A stretch of 64,000 bases of DNA from Lingula anatina (Eukaryota; Animalia; Brachiopoda), in NCBI GenBank assembly GCA_051362555.1, contig CM120640.1, positions 58,320,788 through 58,384,787 on the forward strand, given 5' to 3'. Under the pieces are notes generated by a model, which was given only the letters and a program-made list of their open reading frames with translations, ran no database searches and was not told where the DNA came from. Each line of letters starts with the position of its first letter. The first letter of the stretch is position 1. Positions 37,901 to 49,700 of the stretch are shown here, piece after piece. The position numbers and the translations under genes were made by a program.

Positions 37901-39267
37901 GTTTTTGGATAATGTGAGCTAATGTTTTAATACCATGAAACTAGTATTAAAATAGGAGGTTTAACAGAAATGATGTCTTGGAGACAAGTGTAACTGTTAA
38001 ATTCTATGCACAAAGTATTCATTCAAACCAAGGTATTAGTATGATTGGTGCTTTATAGCATGTTATGATATAATGTATTATACATGTCTTTTTAGCTTGA
38101 TTAAAGCATGCAATATCAACCTGTATGTAACCTACAGGATGTGTTTTATTACGTTAGGACTAGTGTTACCAATTCCTAACTACACCAATCTCTTCTTGAA
38201 GCAAATATTGATATATTTGATTTAAGATGCCTGGTAAAGTCTGCCTGTTAACTGTAATCATGATGATAATTCTAATAAATAGATATACTATTAATTTGAT
38301 ATTTATACTTCTGCGGTAAGTACCATATTTAAAGTAATGTATAAAGAGTTAATTACCAGGTGTATGCAAAGTCAGTTATGATTGATGTAAATTTTCATCA
38401 TGGTTTTATTTTAATTTGTAGTTTAGTGATATAATGACCCCACGTTGTTTGCTAATAGTATGACAGCTGGGGTATGTACATGTAGCAGTCTAGACTGCTG
38501 CTTGTCTCATCTGGACCATGTTACCATGTGGATTGTTACATTACACTAGCATGTGTGAATGATGTCTGCCAAATATGGCACAAATTATGTATGCTCCAGT
38601 AAGATGAGATATAAGGTTATCACACTGCTTCAGACAGTACACTTCTTGCTGCTACTAGGTAACTTCTAGGAAGGTAAAATGCAAGTCATTTTGCATACAG
38701 GGACATACAGCACATTTATAGTGGTCACTTATTATAAGACTATTGCTTAGCAGGTGAACTTGAGGCAGAGAGAGTTCAAAGGGCCATAGCTCTTGCTTGT
38801 AGACAGAATAGTTGCCATTAGTGAAAGTGATATATTTTAACTAAAATATGAATAATTTTTCATAATTTTGCAGTAATTTATTATTGGGTTGGCTCTAAAG
38901 TGTGGTTTAACTCCAAGATAAATTTGCATTCAAACCTAAAGGGATGTAAATATCAGGTAAGCATGTAGCAACAAACAGCTCATTTAGAAATGCTCCCAAC
39001 TTTAATTTTGCAGGTGAACACATGACAGAGTATGAGCTAGCTGAGTGCCTGACAACACTGCTGGGGTTCAATGCTGAAGGGGGCAGCAGTGAGATGCATG
39101 AGTTTGATCCCTCCACAGCGGGAGACATAATTGAGGAAAACCTGCCCCAGGACATCACTGTAGACATGTTTGCTGATGAGTTGCTGGGATTTTCTATGTA
39201 TGTGCCCCCTGGACTGCCAGAGGGGCTGGCCACACATGAAACACAGACAGAAACCCTAGAGACATGA
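15184..39267 (+). CDS. CFAP251: Cilia- and flagella-associated protein 251 (WDR66): acidic/Pro-rich N-terminus, WD40 repeats, C-terminal EF-hand-like region
   Basis: In-frame exons: 15184-16317, 16798-16944, 17190-17293, 17554-17662, 18002-18082, 18451-18528, 19431-19599, 20016-20106, 21344-21412, 21644-21712, (22027-22077 optional), 22824-22953, 23543-23598, 23946-24005, 24220-24299, 26111-26250, 26735-26908, 27455-27598, 28743-28825, 29885-30026, 31478-31569, 31853-31981, 33267-33372, 34423-34513, 35754-35888, 39014-39267 (TGA). WDR66 motifs: [104 protein letters not shown]. Confidence 0.93.
15643..15792 (+). repeat. Coding 27-bp minisatellite, about 5.5 units, encoding (DNTQEPAA[A/T])n in CFAP251 exon 1
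   Basis: gacaacacccaagaaccagcagct[g/a]ct repeated directly, in frame. Confidence 0.95.
16429..16490. repeat. (TA)n microsatellite (shorter ones at about 1143-1168 and 5143-5174)
   Basis: Direct reading. Confidence 0.95.
18814..19324. mobile_element. PIF/Harbinger MITE, 511 bp, with about 185-bp terminal inverted repeats
   Basis: GGCTCCGTTTACATGG...CCATGTGAACGGAGCC flanked by TTA on both sides (18811-13, 19325-27); arms nearly perfectly complementary. Confidence 0.92.
20385..21318. mobile_element. Related, internally deleted Harbinger MITE (about 258 bp when empty), interrupted by a nested element
   Basis: GGCTTCATTCACATG...CATGTGAACGAAGCC with TAA TSD (20382-84, 21319-21). Shares TGATCACGGTCTGTGCCC and GCGTAATTACTGGCAGCGCGAGC with 18814-19324. 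Confidence 0.9.
20453..21120. mobile_element. Non-autonomous DNA transposon, 668 bp, 77-bp TIRs, 8-bp TSD (hAT/P/Mutator/Merlin unresolved), nested in the Harbinger MITE
   Basis: TIRs 20453-20529 and 21044-21120 differ at one position; perfect TSD ATGATCAC at 20445-52 and 21121-28. Confidence 0.92.
22511..22768. mobile_element. Older Harbinger-like MITE with long imperfect inverted arms
   Basis: Inverted pairs CATTCTGATAGACACAT/ATGTGTCCACTGAATG, CCAACTCTG..CTCGTTAAGT/ACTTAACGAG..CAGAGTTGG and AGCAGCTAGGG/CCCTAGCTGCT. Left flank TAA, right flank TAC. Confidence 0.7.
24497..24605 (+). repeat. 109-bp dispersed duplicate of 22433-22541
   Basis: Gap-free hand alignment with about 13 mismatches. 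Confidence 0.9.
28874..28914. repeat. (CA)n microsatellite
   Basis: Direct reading. Confidence 0.9.
32052..32121. repeat. About 35-bp tandem duplication
   Basis: TTCTAAATAAGTTTT..AAGGCATTCTAGTCAAA occurs twice. Confidence 0.85.
36211..36448 (+). mobile_element. Degenerate short Helentron-type non-autonomous element (HINE/DINE-like)
   Basis: 5' TACCTCCACCAAAGAAGTTAT, then a GTTT/GTTA-like tract. 3' CCTTGGCAGAG (inverted match to the 5' end) followed by TGCATTTCCTGAGTG and TTCTTGT (decayed CTAGT). Confidence 0.55.
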
Positions 39268-40020
39268 TCAAGATGTTCTAGCTATTAATACCAGCAAAAA
39301 AAGAGACATACCAATGTTAATGGAACTTGAAATGTAAAAATCAGAATCCCAAAATATTGGAGAACAACTGGTAGATCATTTTTCAGTTTCACTCGAGGGA
39401 GTTGAATATACAGCACAAAAGAAGATTTGATTTCATATTATTGCATCATTTTGGATCTGTGTAATAATATACTAAGCACAATTCAATTTATAGCTGTTGT
39501 TTTGATCTGTGGGCATTTGGATTTTGACATCTGTTGTGATCTTTTAAGGCTGTTCATTAACTTAATATCACTGTGAACCTAATGATTGACTCAAGATCTC
39601 TTTGTTCTCTGCCCAGTTCACTATGTACCTGACTGACTGGCAATATAAAGTAAGTTGGTAGCCACAGTTCCCAATTACTTAAATGAAAAAAGGGGGAGGA
39701 AAAAGGAATAGCAATCCATCACTCCCCCCAGTATAATTAAGTAGTGCCAAGCAAGAGATGAAACCCAACCTATGCCATACACTATGACATAGCTGTGTCA
39801 CAGGCCATACTTATCTCAACAAGATAATTTCAGGCATTAAACGCATTTATCAGGTCTGCACATTCATAGGAAGTGTACAGGACCTTAATACAACCATAAA
39901 GCAACAGATGCAGGTGTATTGTCTCATAAATTAAAATATTTACCTAAGTTATATCAACACATATAACTTTGTTTTGTACATAATGTGAATACTATATATA
40001 ATGTATTTTTAAGGGTTCAT

Positions 40021-40026
40021 AATAAA
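40021..40026 (+). terminator. Probable CFAP251 poly(A) signal
   Basis: AATAAA about 750 nt after the stop codon, followed by T/GT-rich sequence. Confidence 0.45.
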
Positions 40027-40266
40027 AGAATTGTGCTTAATTTGGAATCCTTATACTCTATACCAGTTGTTCTTTGTTTCCAAGCCGTGTGTGAAACTTA
40101 CATAAATTTCCCATTTATGTGTTATCAGATGGAAATGGTGACCGGTAAGTCTGGGCTGTGGGGGGTTGTGGTTGTGGTTTATGGCTTTCATTTGGAAGGG
40201 ACTTGTGATAAAGGACTGCCTTTTTGGCCTTATGATAACCAAGCAAATCCTGATTTGAAGGCCTAA

Positions 40267-40484
40267 GGCCTCATTCCCATAGACACCATCGGTCTATATG
40301 GATAAAGCCAACTCTTGCTGACTGCAATCAGCTCCTGGTATTGACTAGAATACAGAAAAGCTGGTGATTATACGACAACACGAGATTAGACATCAAGCTT
40401 TTAGGTGGGATGTTATATTTGATCCAGGGACTAGTAAGTCCACTGTTTTGAATGTGGTCAATGATGTCCATGGGAATGGGGTAC
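40267..40484. mobile_element. Old Harbinger-like MITE
   Basis: GGCCTCATTCCCATAGACACCA...TGATGTCCATGGGAATGGGGTAC inverted ends; flanks TAA / TTA. Confidence 0.6.
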
Positions 40485-40494
40485 TTAGAGGGAG

Positions 40495-41191
40495 AGAACT
40501 GGCAGAGATATGCCCATAGTTACTATTGAACTTGAATAGGAAGTTATATACTGGCAATCTAGCTGTGACCTTGAATTTGACCTTTGACCTACTTTCTCTA
40601 AGAACTGAACTTTGGAAATTTGCCGGCCTTTATATCTCCAAAACTGACAAAGATATGCCCATCATTATGAACTTGAATATGAAGTCATACACTGGCAATC
40701 CAGCTATGACCTTGAATTTGACCTTTGACCTACTTTTCTCTTTGAACTGAACTTTGACAATTTTTCCCTCTCTTATTTCTCTAAAACTGGGAGAGATACG
40801 CCCATAGTTACTGTTGAACTTGAATAGGAATTCATATACTGGCAATCCAACTGTGACCTTGAAATTGATCTTTGACCTACTTTTCACCATGAACCGCACT
40901 TCACAATTTTCCAAGCTCTTATATTTATTATTGAACTTGGATGAGAAGTCCTATATTCACAATCTTACTGCAACCTTGGATTTGACCTTTTAATTTTCCC
41001 TGCGATTTTGTTAATAATTGTAATTTTTTACAGAAAAAAATTGAGAACTCTTGGTCACTGCATTTTGTAGAACTAGACAAGCACAGCACTGGAGATGGTT
41101 TCCCTTTTTTTGTTTTGTTTTCCATAAGAATGTACTTACTCCAGCTGGTGGTACAATACCTGGAGGCAGTACCACCTCTCTGATCCTCTAG
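40495..41191 (+). mobile_element. 5'-truncated Helentron-associated element (HINE) with about 3 tandem ~145-bp units
   Basis: Same repeat unit and same 3' end (TACTCCAGCTGGTGGTAC...GAGGCAGTACCACCTC...TGATCCTCTAG then T-tract) as 56407-58102. Confidence 0.85.
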
Positions 41192-43219
41192 TTTTTTTTT
41201 TTGTTTTGTTTTAATAATTTTAAAGGCCAAACCTCTATTAGTATCACTGTTAGATGGTTAGATGAGACCAAGAGATTTTATTTTTTCTAAAGCCCTCTCC
41301 TTCTATGAGCTATTAAAGAAAAAAAGAAGAAAATTAAAATTTATGCCTGAATGAAAAGATTACCAGCAGAGTGTCAGAAAGCCATTGTATACAACCTTGT
41401 TTTTTTATGCTTTGCTCACTTGAGGGATGGCAGCCATATCAGCCTCTGCATGAGATCAGTTTGAAGGTAATCTGTTGCCTCACTGCAGCTCTTTAATCAG
41501 CTATAATGACAAGTGAAGCCTATTCCGTGTTACTAATACTGACTGATTTCATTACCCCTTACCAGAAAACACACCGTCTGCTTAGTGCTCAAATCAAATA
41601 TTGATCATAACCTAGTACTAACACCTTTCTCTATCTTAATGTTTATAGGAGCCCTTTATAAAGTCGCCTATTCACCCTAGTTTCTTATATTCTTAGGTCA
41701 CTAAAACTCTCCCACCTAGCACCTTAAACAAGTTAAAGAAAAGAAGAAGGGGGTGAGGGGCAATTTTCTTTCCGCAAAACAAAGTTTGAGGAAAGTAAAC
41801 TGAAACATGATGTAGCAAATGAAATTTCATGAAAAAAAGTTGTTTTGTAGATATTCAGTAACTGTATAAATAAATATTTGATCTGTGAAATATTAGTCCT
41901 ACGTTATAGCTCATTTTTAACGCAGACAAATTTATAATTGACAAATGACACACTGAAAGAATAAAAAAAATTCAATTTAGTAAAATTGCAGCAGTTGCTT
42001 TTGTGGATATTCACAGATGAAAACTGGTATATGATTGAGATACTCGAGTTAAAAATCAAAAGTTTTGATACCGTTTTATCTGAGGTCATCTGACATAGCG
42101 TGATTTTCCTGGCATACATCTGACTGCGTATAGAGCGTCAATCAGATATTCACAGCTGCAATTCTTTGAAGCGCTTTCATTACTAAGTGCGCTTGAGGTA
42201 GCAGGATTTTATTTACTTATTTTTCCTTGGATAGAGATCAGAACAAAATGACTGGCTACATTGCAACCTTGGGAAATATAATAAACAACATCCAAATATT
42301 TTTTCTTTCAGATCGATAAGGTCGGTACATTGGCAGCAATAGTTGATTTGAAAGCGGGTCTGCTCAATACCAAGTCTCTCCTATGATAACATTTTAAGGC
42401 CACACAAATGCTATGTTGACACTGGGGTGTCTCTCCTTATCATTTCAATATTGTTGTGAACGCTCTTTCTTGCCGTGATCTTACATATACCTTTAAGTTG
42501 CATGCATGTATGCACGCGTGTGCGTGGTACAATATTATCACAAGCTACAAAAATGTTAAATTACTACTGTGATCCGCCTTTATTTCTTCTCCTAAGATGA
42601 GACTTGTAGACGTCCATATAGAGTCCCAACCGACACAGCATCGCGTGACGATGTCGCCCTCATCTTGTTGACTAAGCAGTCACTGTAGATAAAGGTAAAT
42701 GGATTATATATTCGAATGAACGGCATGGGGGACGGGCAAGCAGATGAACATCTGCACACATTCAATACTTTGGACAAACGGAGAAAGAGAGCATACGTGA
42801 TAACAATCTTAAGCAAGAAAAAATGAATTGATGACAAAATGTTTTCTGTGCCTTTTTTTGATTTAGTATTCTAAGTAATACACGTGCAACGTATGTTTAA
42901 TGAGGAATTAAGATTTATAGTCTGTTGTGTATCTTTGCAAACGTACGATAATATTTTATTTACCAGTGCTTTACTAGGGTGAAACTCCTATGTCGAACAA
43001 ATTTTATCAGATGAATTATCTAATAAAATGTTGATGTATTTCTGTTAAACACGACAAAGCATCATCATAACTCATTTTAGCCCGTTGATGCAATTAATGA
43101 GTTTTGATTTTTGGGTTCTGAAAAGGCAGTTCTAAGTAAATTACTAACAAATATACTTCATGGCTTGTGAGAGCAACGTACCTGTGAAGTTTAAAATTCG
43201 AATATGAAGCTTTTTTATA

Positions 43220-44881
43220 CAGACTTGACATTTAATATGGAATATTTTTTTCGAAATAATTTTTTATCAGTTTTTTCCTATTTTGCGGACTGATAAATGA
43301 AAATAAGGATTAAAATCGTGTTTTAATAACTTTAAATTATATATTTGATGTCATTGTGACATCAGTTCATTAATGGAATTCGCCAGAGAAACAAACAAAA
43401 ACACATTGCCTATTCTATGTCATACGACTCCCATTAAAAGAGATATTTTGGATCTCCATAGTTTCCAAATTATCGTCTGTAAAAGGGTAATACGCTCCAC
43501 AAAAGACCCTCATGTCAGTTGCTAGTCACAGTAATGGTCGTTGTTACGCCTGGCCTCTTCGTGGCTGTTGCCAGCGCTCTCAAGCGGCAAGGCATTTCTT
43601 GAGGGTAGGTTTTTAGAGTTCAATCTGGAATAGCATTCTAGGCATCGGTCTGAAATTGTCCAATCTGGTCCAGTTTTGTTGTAGGACATGTAGGCAGTTG
43701 ATTGGTGAGTAATGGTCTACCGAAATATTGTCTATGTGGTTCAAATGTGGCGATTTTGATGACCAGGGTAGCTGCTCATCCCCTTGGTTCTGTAAGTTAT
43801 CTGCTATTAAAAGTGCTCTGTGTGAACCTGCAACCTCATCGTGCAACCTAGAATTGTTCCTAAGGTGCCCCCTATCAAATGATAGTCAAGTGGTTCCGAG
43901 ATTATCCCTTTATTTGATCTGGTTCAGGTTTTCGTCGATGACTACCATTGGTGTTTTGGCACCAATGTGGAATCTACTCCAAATACTGACGCTGTCAATC
44001 ACCCTTGTCACTTTAGACCCGGCATATCCTTCGTCGTAGGCCTCTGCTGGATATCTGTAAACTCTGTTTTGACTAATTGGGCGTTACAGGTGAAATCTGA
44101 CCTCAATAAAGAAAGCCACGCAGTTTCAGTGTTCTACCCAGAATCGTTCATGGCCCCCAATTCATTAGAGAAACAGACGACGATGTTTTGCTGTATACAG
44201 TGGGTACCTCAGAGGTCATTAGGTGTTCTTACCTGCTTAAACCAGTTTGGTGTTCGCTAAGGGCTTTGAAAAACGCATTTTAGTGGCAAATTACCCCTCG
44301 TTCTGAACGGACTAAGTGTTTTTTGTTTAGTTGCAGCAGCGTATCCCGAAAGACAGTGGGTCCTGTACCCTGTAGGTAAAATTTTGATACATTGGGGGTG
44401 ACCTCTGTGTAGGTACATCAGTCTGGGCATTACTCTATAAAACTGTGGGGACCGTTCCGTTTGGCGCTATGATCTGTCTGGTGATGTCTGTCTTTTTCGC
44501 GCCATTTTGCCTTAGATTAACAAATTTGTAATGCACTTCTTGACTCATTTTACGCACTGCAAAACTGGCCGCTTACATGCAAAATTTCAAATTTTTCTAT
44601 GCAGTAGTTGCTGAAATATGGATACTTTTTTGACAGAACCAAGCTTTGCCTAAGCCAAGCTTTGATCAGCCCAAAGGAACACTACCCAATTAAATCACTG
44701 CAAATTACATAGTGTAGCAGCGCAACATGCATGAAAGTCAGTTAATTGGTAGTGACACACATGACTGCATACTTTTACATTCACAAATCTTATATGAAAT
44801 CGGAGTTTTTTGAAAAAAGAACGTATTTTTACCTAGGTATACCTTCGAAACTGAAATATTCCATATTAAATGTCAAGTCTG
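43220..44881 (-). mobile_element. Tc1/mariner element, 1662 bp, with decayed transposase
   Basis: 28-bp perfect TIRs CAGACTTGACATTTAATATGGAATATTT; TA on both sides (43218-19, 44882-83); transposase remnants inside. Confidence 0.9.
43600..44548 (-). pseudogene. Tc1-family DD34E transposase pseudogene
   Basis: ATG at 44548 gives an HTH-like MSQEVHYKFVNLRQNGAKKTDITRQI. KHRRLFL**IGGHE..H*NCVAFFIEVRF resembles HR..RL.WA..H...W..V.FSDESRF. LLIADN and LPWSSKSPHLNHIDNI resemble QDN and WP..SPDLNPIEN. Many stops and frameshifts; 3' limit approximate. Confidence 0.8.
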
Positions 44882-45133
44882 TAATATCGCAGAATGCCTG
44901 CAAATGACAGACAGGCCAGGAAAATAAATCTGCCAGCCACGCAGGTGATCACAAGCAAGAAGTTCGCCAAGTAGATCGAGATAATTTAACCCATGCAATT
45001 TCTCGCTACCAAATCCTAAACTTTTTCAATTTCAGACCCTTCTCCATCAGCAGATAATGTGAAGAAACTCACTGTTGACCCCTGTGTAGAAGTCAGTCGA
45101 CCCACATGCCATCGGGGCAGACTTTGCAAAAAT

Positions 45134-45134
45134 A

Positions 45135-45177
<43 letters not shown>

Positions 45178-45292
45178 AATAAAATAAAATAAAAAATAAC
45201 AATAACAATAATAATACAAGAAAGTATTTAAAAAAAAACGTCCAATTCAGTATTAACCAACAAGTTACAAAATCGTCTGTGTATATTTCATT

Positions 45293-45327
<35 letters not shown>

Positions 45328-45335
45328 TTTTTTTT
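45134..45335. repeat. (AAAT)n and (ATTT)n microsatellites in inverted arrangement
   Basis: (AAAT)n at about 45134-45195 and (ATTT)n at about 45290-45335. Confidence 0.85.
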
Positions 45336-46494
45336 TCGTTTTTTCCAATGACATTTTTCAAATAACAATATCTTACTTCACTTTAAGGCAATATGCCATG
45401 CTGGATTGGTCTCCTCTCTCTTTCTCTCTCTCTCTCTCTCCGGTCTGTCTCTCTATTTCAAGCACTATCTTGAGCTTGGATATAGGTCTTAGCGTACTCA
45501 AATTTAAAACAAGGAAATATCAATGTTTTTAATTAATTTATTAGCCTATCATTTTAAGCATCTGCGCGTCATCTTGAAATTCGATGTTTTTACTTTAAAT
45601 TATTTAGGTTTGCTTGTTTAAAACTTCACCTTAGGTTATCCATCAAAAAACTCCTTTTATTTTGCTATAAAAAAAACCATTTGCACTGAGCGATAGATTT
45701 GCTATGTTGACCCCCACCCGCTACCCCCTTTGCTCATCTTTTAGATTGATTTACAGCATGTACATAAGAGAAAAAAGAGAAGTTATATGTGCTTTATTTT
45801 CGTCTTTTGCACCCTGATAATGACATGGTATGTCACTAGACTATGTCTGCAATGGCACAGTTGGTGAGTGGGGTGTGGTATCCCCTCCTTCCTGTCCATC
45901 ACGCACAGAGAGCAGAGTAGCCCGCTTTAGCCCATACTGATCCTACCATTCAGAGCATCATCTTCACACTTGGTGTGTGTATCATTGACTATTGTGAGGT
46001 TAAGATTGTGTTGCGACTCCATGCCCGTGCAGTAAACGACCATGTACACGCTCCTGGGTGTAACGCTTTCAGCCTGGGATTAGGCCTACTGATTGGAAAG
46101 ACATAACAACCGCCAGAGAAATGTTGATAAAGTTATTGTTTAACATTGTAACTTATATTTCTTTGCTGTAAAATTTATTAAATAACATGCAACGTCGATA
46201 CTTTTGTTGTTGTATGTCGTTAAAAATTTGGTTAAACATTACCACGTGCTGGGACTATTCCTGCATGCGGAATGATATATACGGGACTTTGCAGTGAAGC
46301 GGCCATATTGTGCTATCCGCCATTTGAACAATCAAAGGCGAATTTGTGGTTCCACTTCCTTCGGAATTCGGCAGATTTCTCAACTAATATAGTGTCGATC
46401 GCAATTTGGAGTCTACGAACACCCAGTATATTTCCCGGGGTATCTGATGAGGGTGCCAGTTCGGGCATAGTGGGTGAATTTAAGGAGATATTCA

Positions 46495-46749
46495 ATGGAG
46501 AAAGAAGGAAAGGAGCGAAAAGTCAGACAGCCTCGGCGAGAAAAGACTCCCAAATCCAAAGAAAAAGTGAGGCCTGACTCGCCTGGGTACGTCGATGAAG
46601 AGCATAATCTGTCCCCTCCCCCTAAGCCTTCGAAGGATAAGGGGAAAGGGAAAAATAAACTCAAAAACAATGCCAGTAATGCAGCATTTGAAGAAGACAT
46701 AATAGATGGATTTGCAATCATGAGCTGCAAAACATTCGAAGACTTGGAG
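46495..46749 (+). CDS. AUTS2: AUTS2/FBRSL1/fibrosin (tay bridge) family protein, first coding exon; gene continues beyond the window
   Basis: First ATG after an in-frame TAG (46468). Basic N-terminus, then [21 protein letters not shown], matching the family motif [20 protein letters not shown]. Ends at GAG|GTAAGT, phase 0. No second exon recognised in the next 17 kb. Confidence 0.85.
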
Positions 46750-49700
46750 GTAAGTGGCGATTCACGCACAAAGACGTCTTATCTCTGTCACCATGTGCAC
46801 TTCACTTGTGATAACGTGGTCAGGGATCAATGAATTTAGATACAGAAAAGACAATGAAGACCTTTAAATATGCCTATCACAGAAAGCAGGCTTGATGTTT
46901 TTTGGGGGAAGTAAACTGAGTATGAACTGAAACTCAGTTCTTAAGGAGTCACTCGACAACTGTTAATTGTTGCAAAGACAGAGTTGAAGTGGCAACTTCC
47001 TGTGGGATTTTTGTGATTTTAGCCAAACGTTACAATTGGATTTTTAAATTCATTGTTGAGAGGTCATAACATTGCTGTTATAGCGTTTTAAACTTTGGAA
47101 AGTAGTGAAATGCGTGTCGTGTGTTTGTGACGAGAATGTAGTCAAACGTTTGTCATGTAACTCTGAAGTGTTTATACAGCAGAGATTGCAAATTTGCCTC
47201 ATCTATTCATGATCTGTATTTCTATGCTTCTTTATTTCCAATATAAATACAACTCTACAAAAATTTTGCATGTGCTGTGTGTTTCAATAAAAGATGTATT
47301 TGTTTCCTGTGTAATTTAACTTGTAACATGAAACAGCAGATTCCTATTTCCAGTTGACATGATGTCAGTGCAGTTAAATACCCATACATAAAACTGTTAC
47401 ATGCTATGCCTTTTCATATACTAGCATCTTTACAAAGAAATCGTACGTAAACAGATTACATTATACGTATCTTCTGTTTATTTTCTGTGAAAACGAAAAA
47501 TATTTTTAAAATCTCACTTGGAAAGAGGCATTTAAAGATTAAATCCCAATTAGATTATTGCAATTTAATATGATCTTGTTTCTATCGAATTATCAGATTC
47601 TTTTAATACAGTTTGTACTAGTTTTTTAATTGCAGCATGACTAGTGTAAATACCATTCATTTTCAGATATGCATGAGGGCAAATTAGTGATAATAATGTG
47701 AAAAGTATTGGTTTGGTGTATTCTAAAAACACTATTAAATCTTTTCAAAGTTAAGATACCGGTGCAATAAGATACACTTCAGATATTGGCAGAGTAGTGA
47801 AATTTCTATAAAACTGAGTTGATTCTCTTGCTTTGCTGTGTCAAGCTCTGGAATATAATAGATCTATAATCACATTGTTCACCTGAGGGTTAGTTTGTTT
47901 CTGAATATTTATGAATATGACAACAAACAAAAATCGTAAGGTATTTTCTTTTTGCATTGATATTCCAAAATGAAAAATTTAATCTGACTTTTATATGAAA
48001 TGAAATCCATTATATGTGTGATATCCTATGGAAGTACAGTTTCTATGTCAAGTTGATTAGTTTACTTATTTAAAAAGGATATCAGCCTAGTGGCAGTGCT
48101 CTTCACCTAGTGGGACAGGAACATCTTTAAACTAAGTTTCATGCCTGTTTATAGATTTCTATTTTTGATCTGGAGACAATCCAGTATTGGCCCCACGTGC
48201 TGTTTGCACTTTCTTTCACTTGTTCTTTTAGTGTGTGGTGTTTGATATGAGCCTTCTACAGGAAGTCTTTTTACTGTTTTGGTTTTGTCGCTTTATACAA
48301 ATAGTAATACTGTACAACCTTTATGATCACATGTTTGGCGAAGTCCAGCATTCAGTTAAGAATATTCTCAGATGCTTGAGATGTGGCACAGTAGGGGTAG
48401 GTCTAAGTAGTATTTGCTGTTGGAGGCTGGCATGCTTAGGTGAACGAATATCAGAGTAAAAGCTGGTTGTTATTTCCTTGATGCATGATGTGCAGAAGTT
48501 GCTACTCATTAATGACATAAATGTATAAGATACACTGAGTCAAAATACTGAAATGATATCAGGTCTTTTTCGTTAAGAATAGAAAAAAATCAATTCACCC
48601 TGAAAATGCACTGGAAGTGTCTTTCTGATGAATTCCACACATGCAGACAATGTCTTGTGGCAATGAATTGTTACCTTGTTTCTTTAAATTTAGATACATT
48701 TAAGATACATTTTTCATATTTTAAAATGGCAAATCTGTATGTCACCTTACTATGCTAATGCTGGCTGACCTGAAGCAAATACCTCAGTAACTGGTAAAGG
48801 TCAACCTCACTGCTTTTAAGGAGATTAGTGAAGTTATGGTTAAGATACACGGAAGATAAACATTAGATTTATAGATCATCTTTGAGTATCAGGGTGCTGG
48901 AAAGATTGCACATTTTGTGCAATAGATTTGTTTTTATAATTTACTACAAATGGTGTGACCCACTCTCTTTGCCATGAATATAAGCTATTATCAGCATGGT
49001 GAGACGTGCAATATCTGTGCACTTCTTCTAGTACCTAGACTTTGAAATGAACGTGTTGAAATTTTGATAGAAAATCAATCTCTAGAGACTCACAGGTAGG
49101 CCAAGGTGTTCTGAAGATTAGTATATTTTCATCTCAATTTATGGATTTATAAAAGTACAGGGCAGTTATTAGAGCACTAGTGGTCCACTGCATAGTAAAA
49201 AAAATTATAACATTCCCAGCCAGCAGTTTTCCTTAAGATTTTAAGTTAAGGGCCGAGATAGCTATTATTAACTGAACTGTTTCACAACTGTATGTCTCAA
49301 ACTACTAAATTGGTTTCCTTACTAAGCAGTGCTCTCAGCTCCCTCTCTCTCTGACTGGGATATTGATTGACCCGCATGGATTTATTGAAGTACTTAGAGC
49401 TAAACAGTGTGAATAAACAAATCAAACAGAATGCTGCAGACTGACTGGCTGTCCTCGCAGGAGCCGTCTGCACTGTATACTGTTACACACCAAGGATGTG
49501 TTTTTGATACTTCTGCTATGAGTGTAATTTTTGGCAGTGCTATTATATAGTGGAACCATTAGTGTTTGATCATGCTATTTCATATGTAACTGTGCCTGAA
49601 ACTTTCATAGATGTTTAATTGTGCAATTGTGTATCCTCAGTTTTGTAGCTTAACATAACAGACAAGAATGGAGGAAAGTCATATGTGGGAAAAGGTCTAA

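Noticed and set aside
45072-45121. Minus-strand CPDGMW... EGF-like exon fragment ending in GTGAGT
   Set aside because: Stop codon right after the motif, no further cysteines, no partner exons.
46413-46769. 118-aa antisense ORF
   Set aside because: Mirror of the AUTS2-like exon, which carries the conserved motif and splice donor on +.
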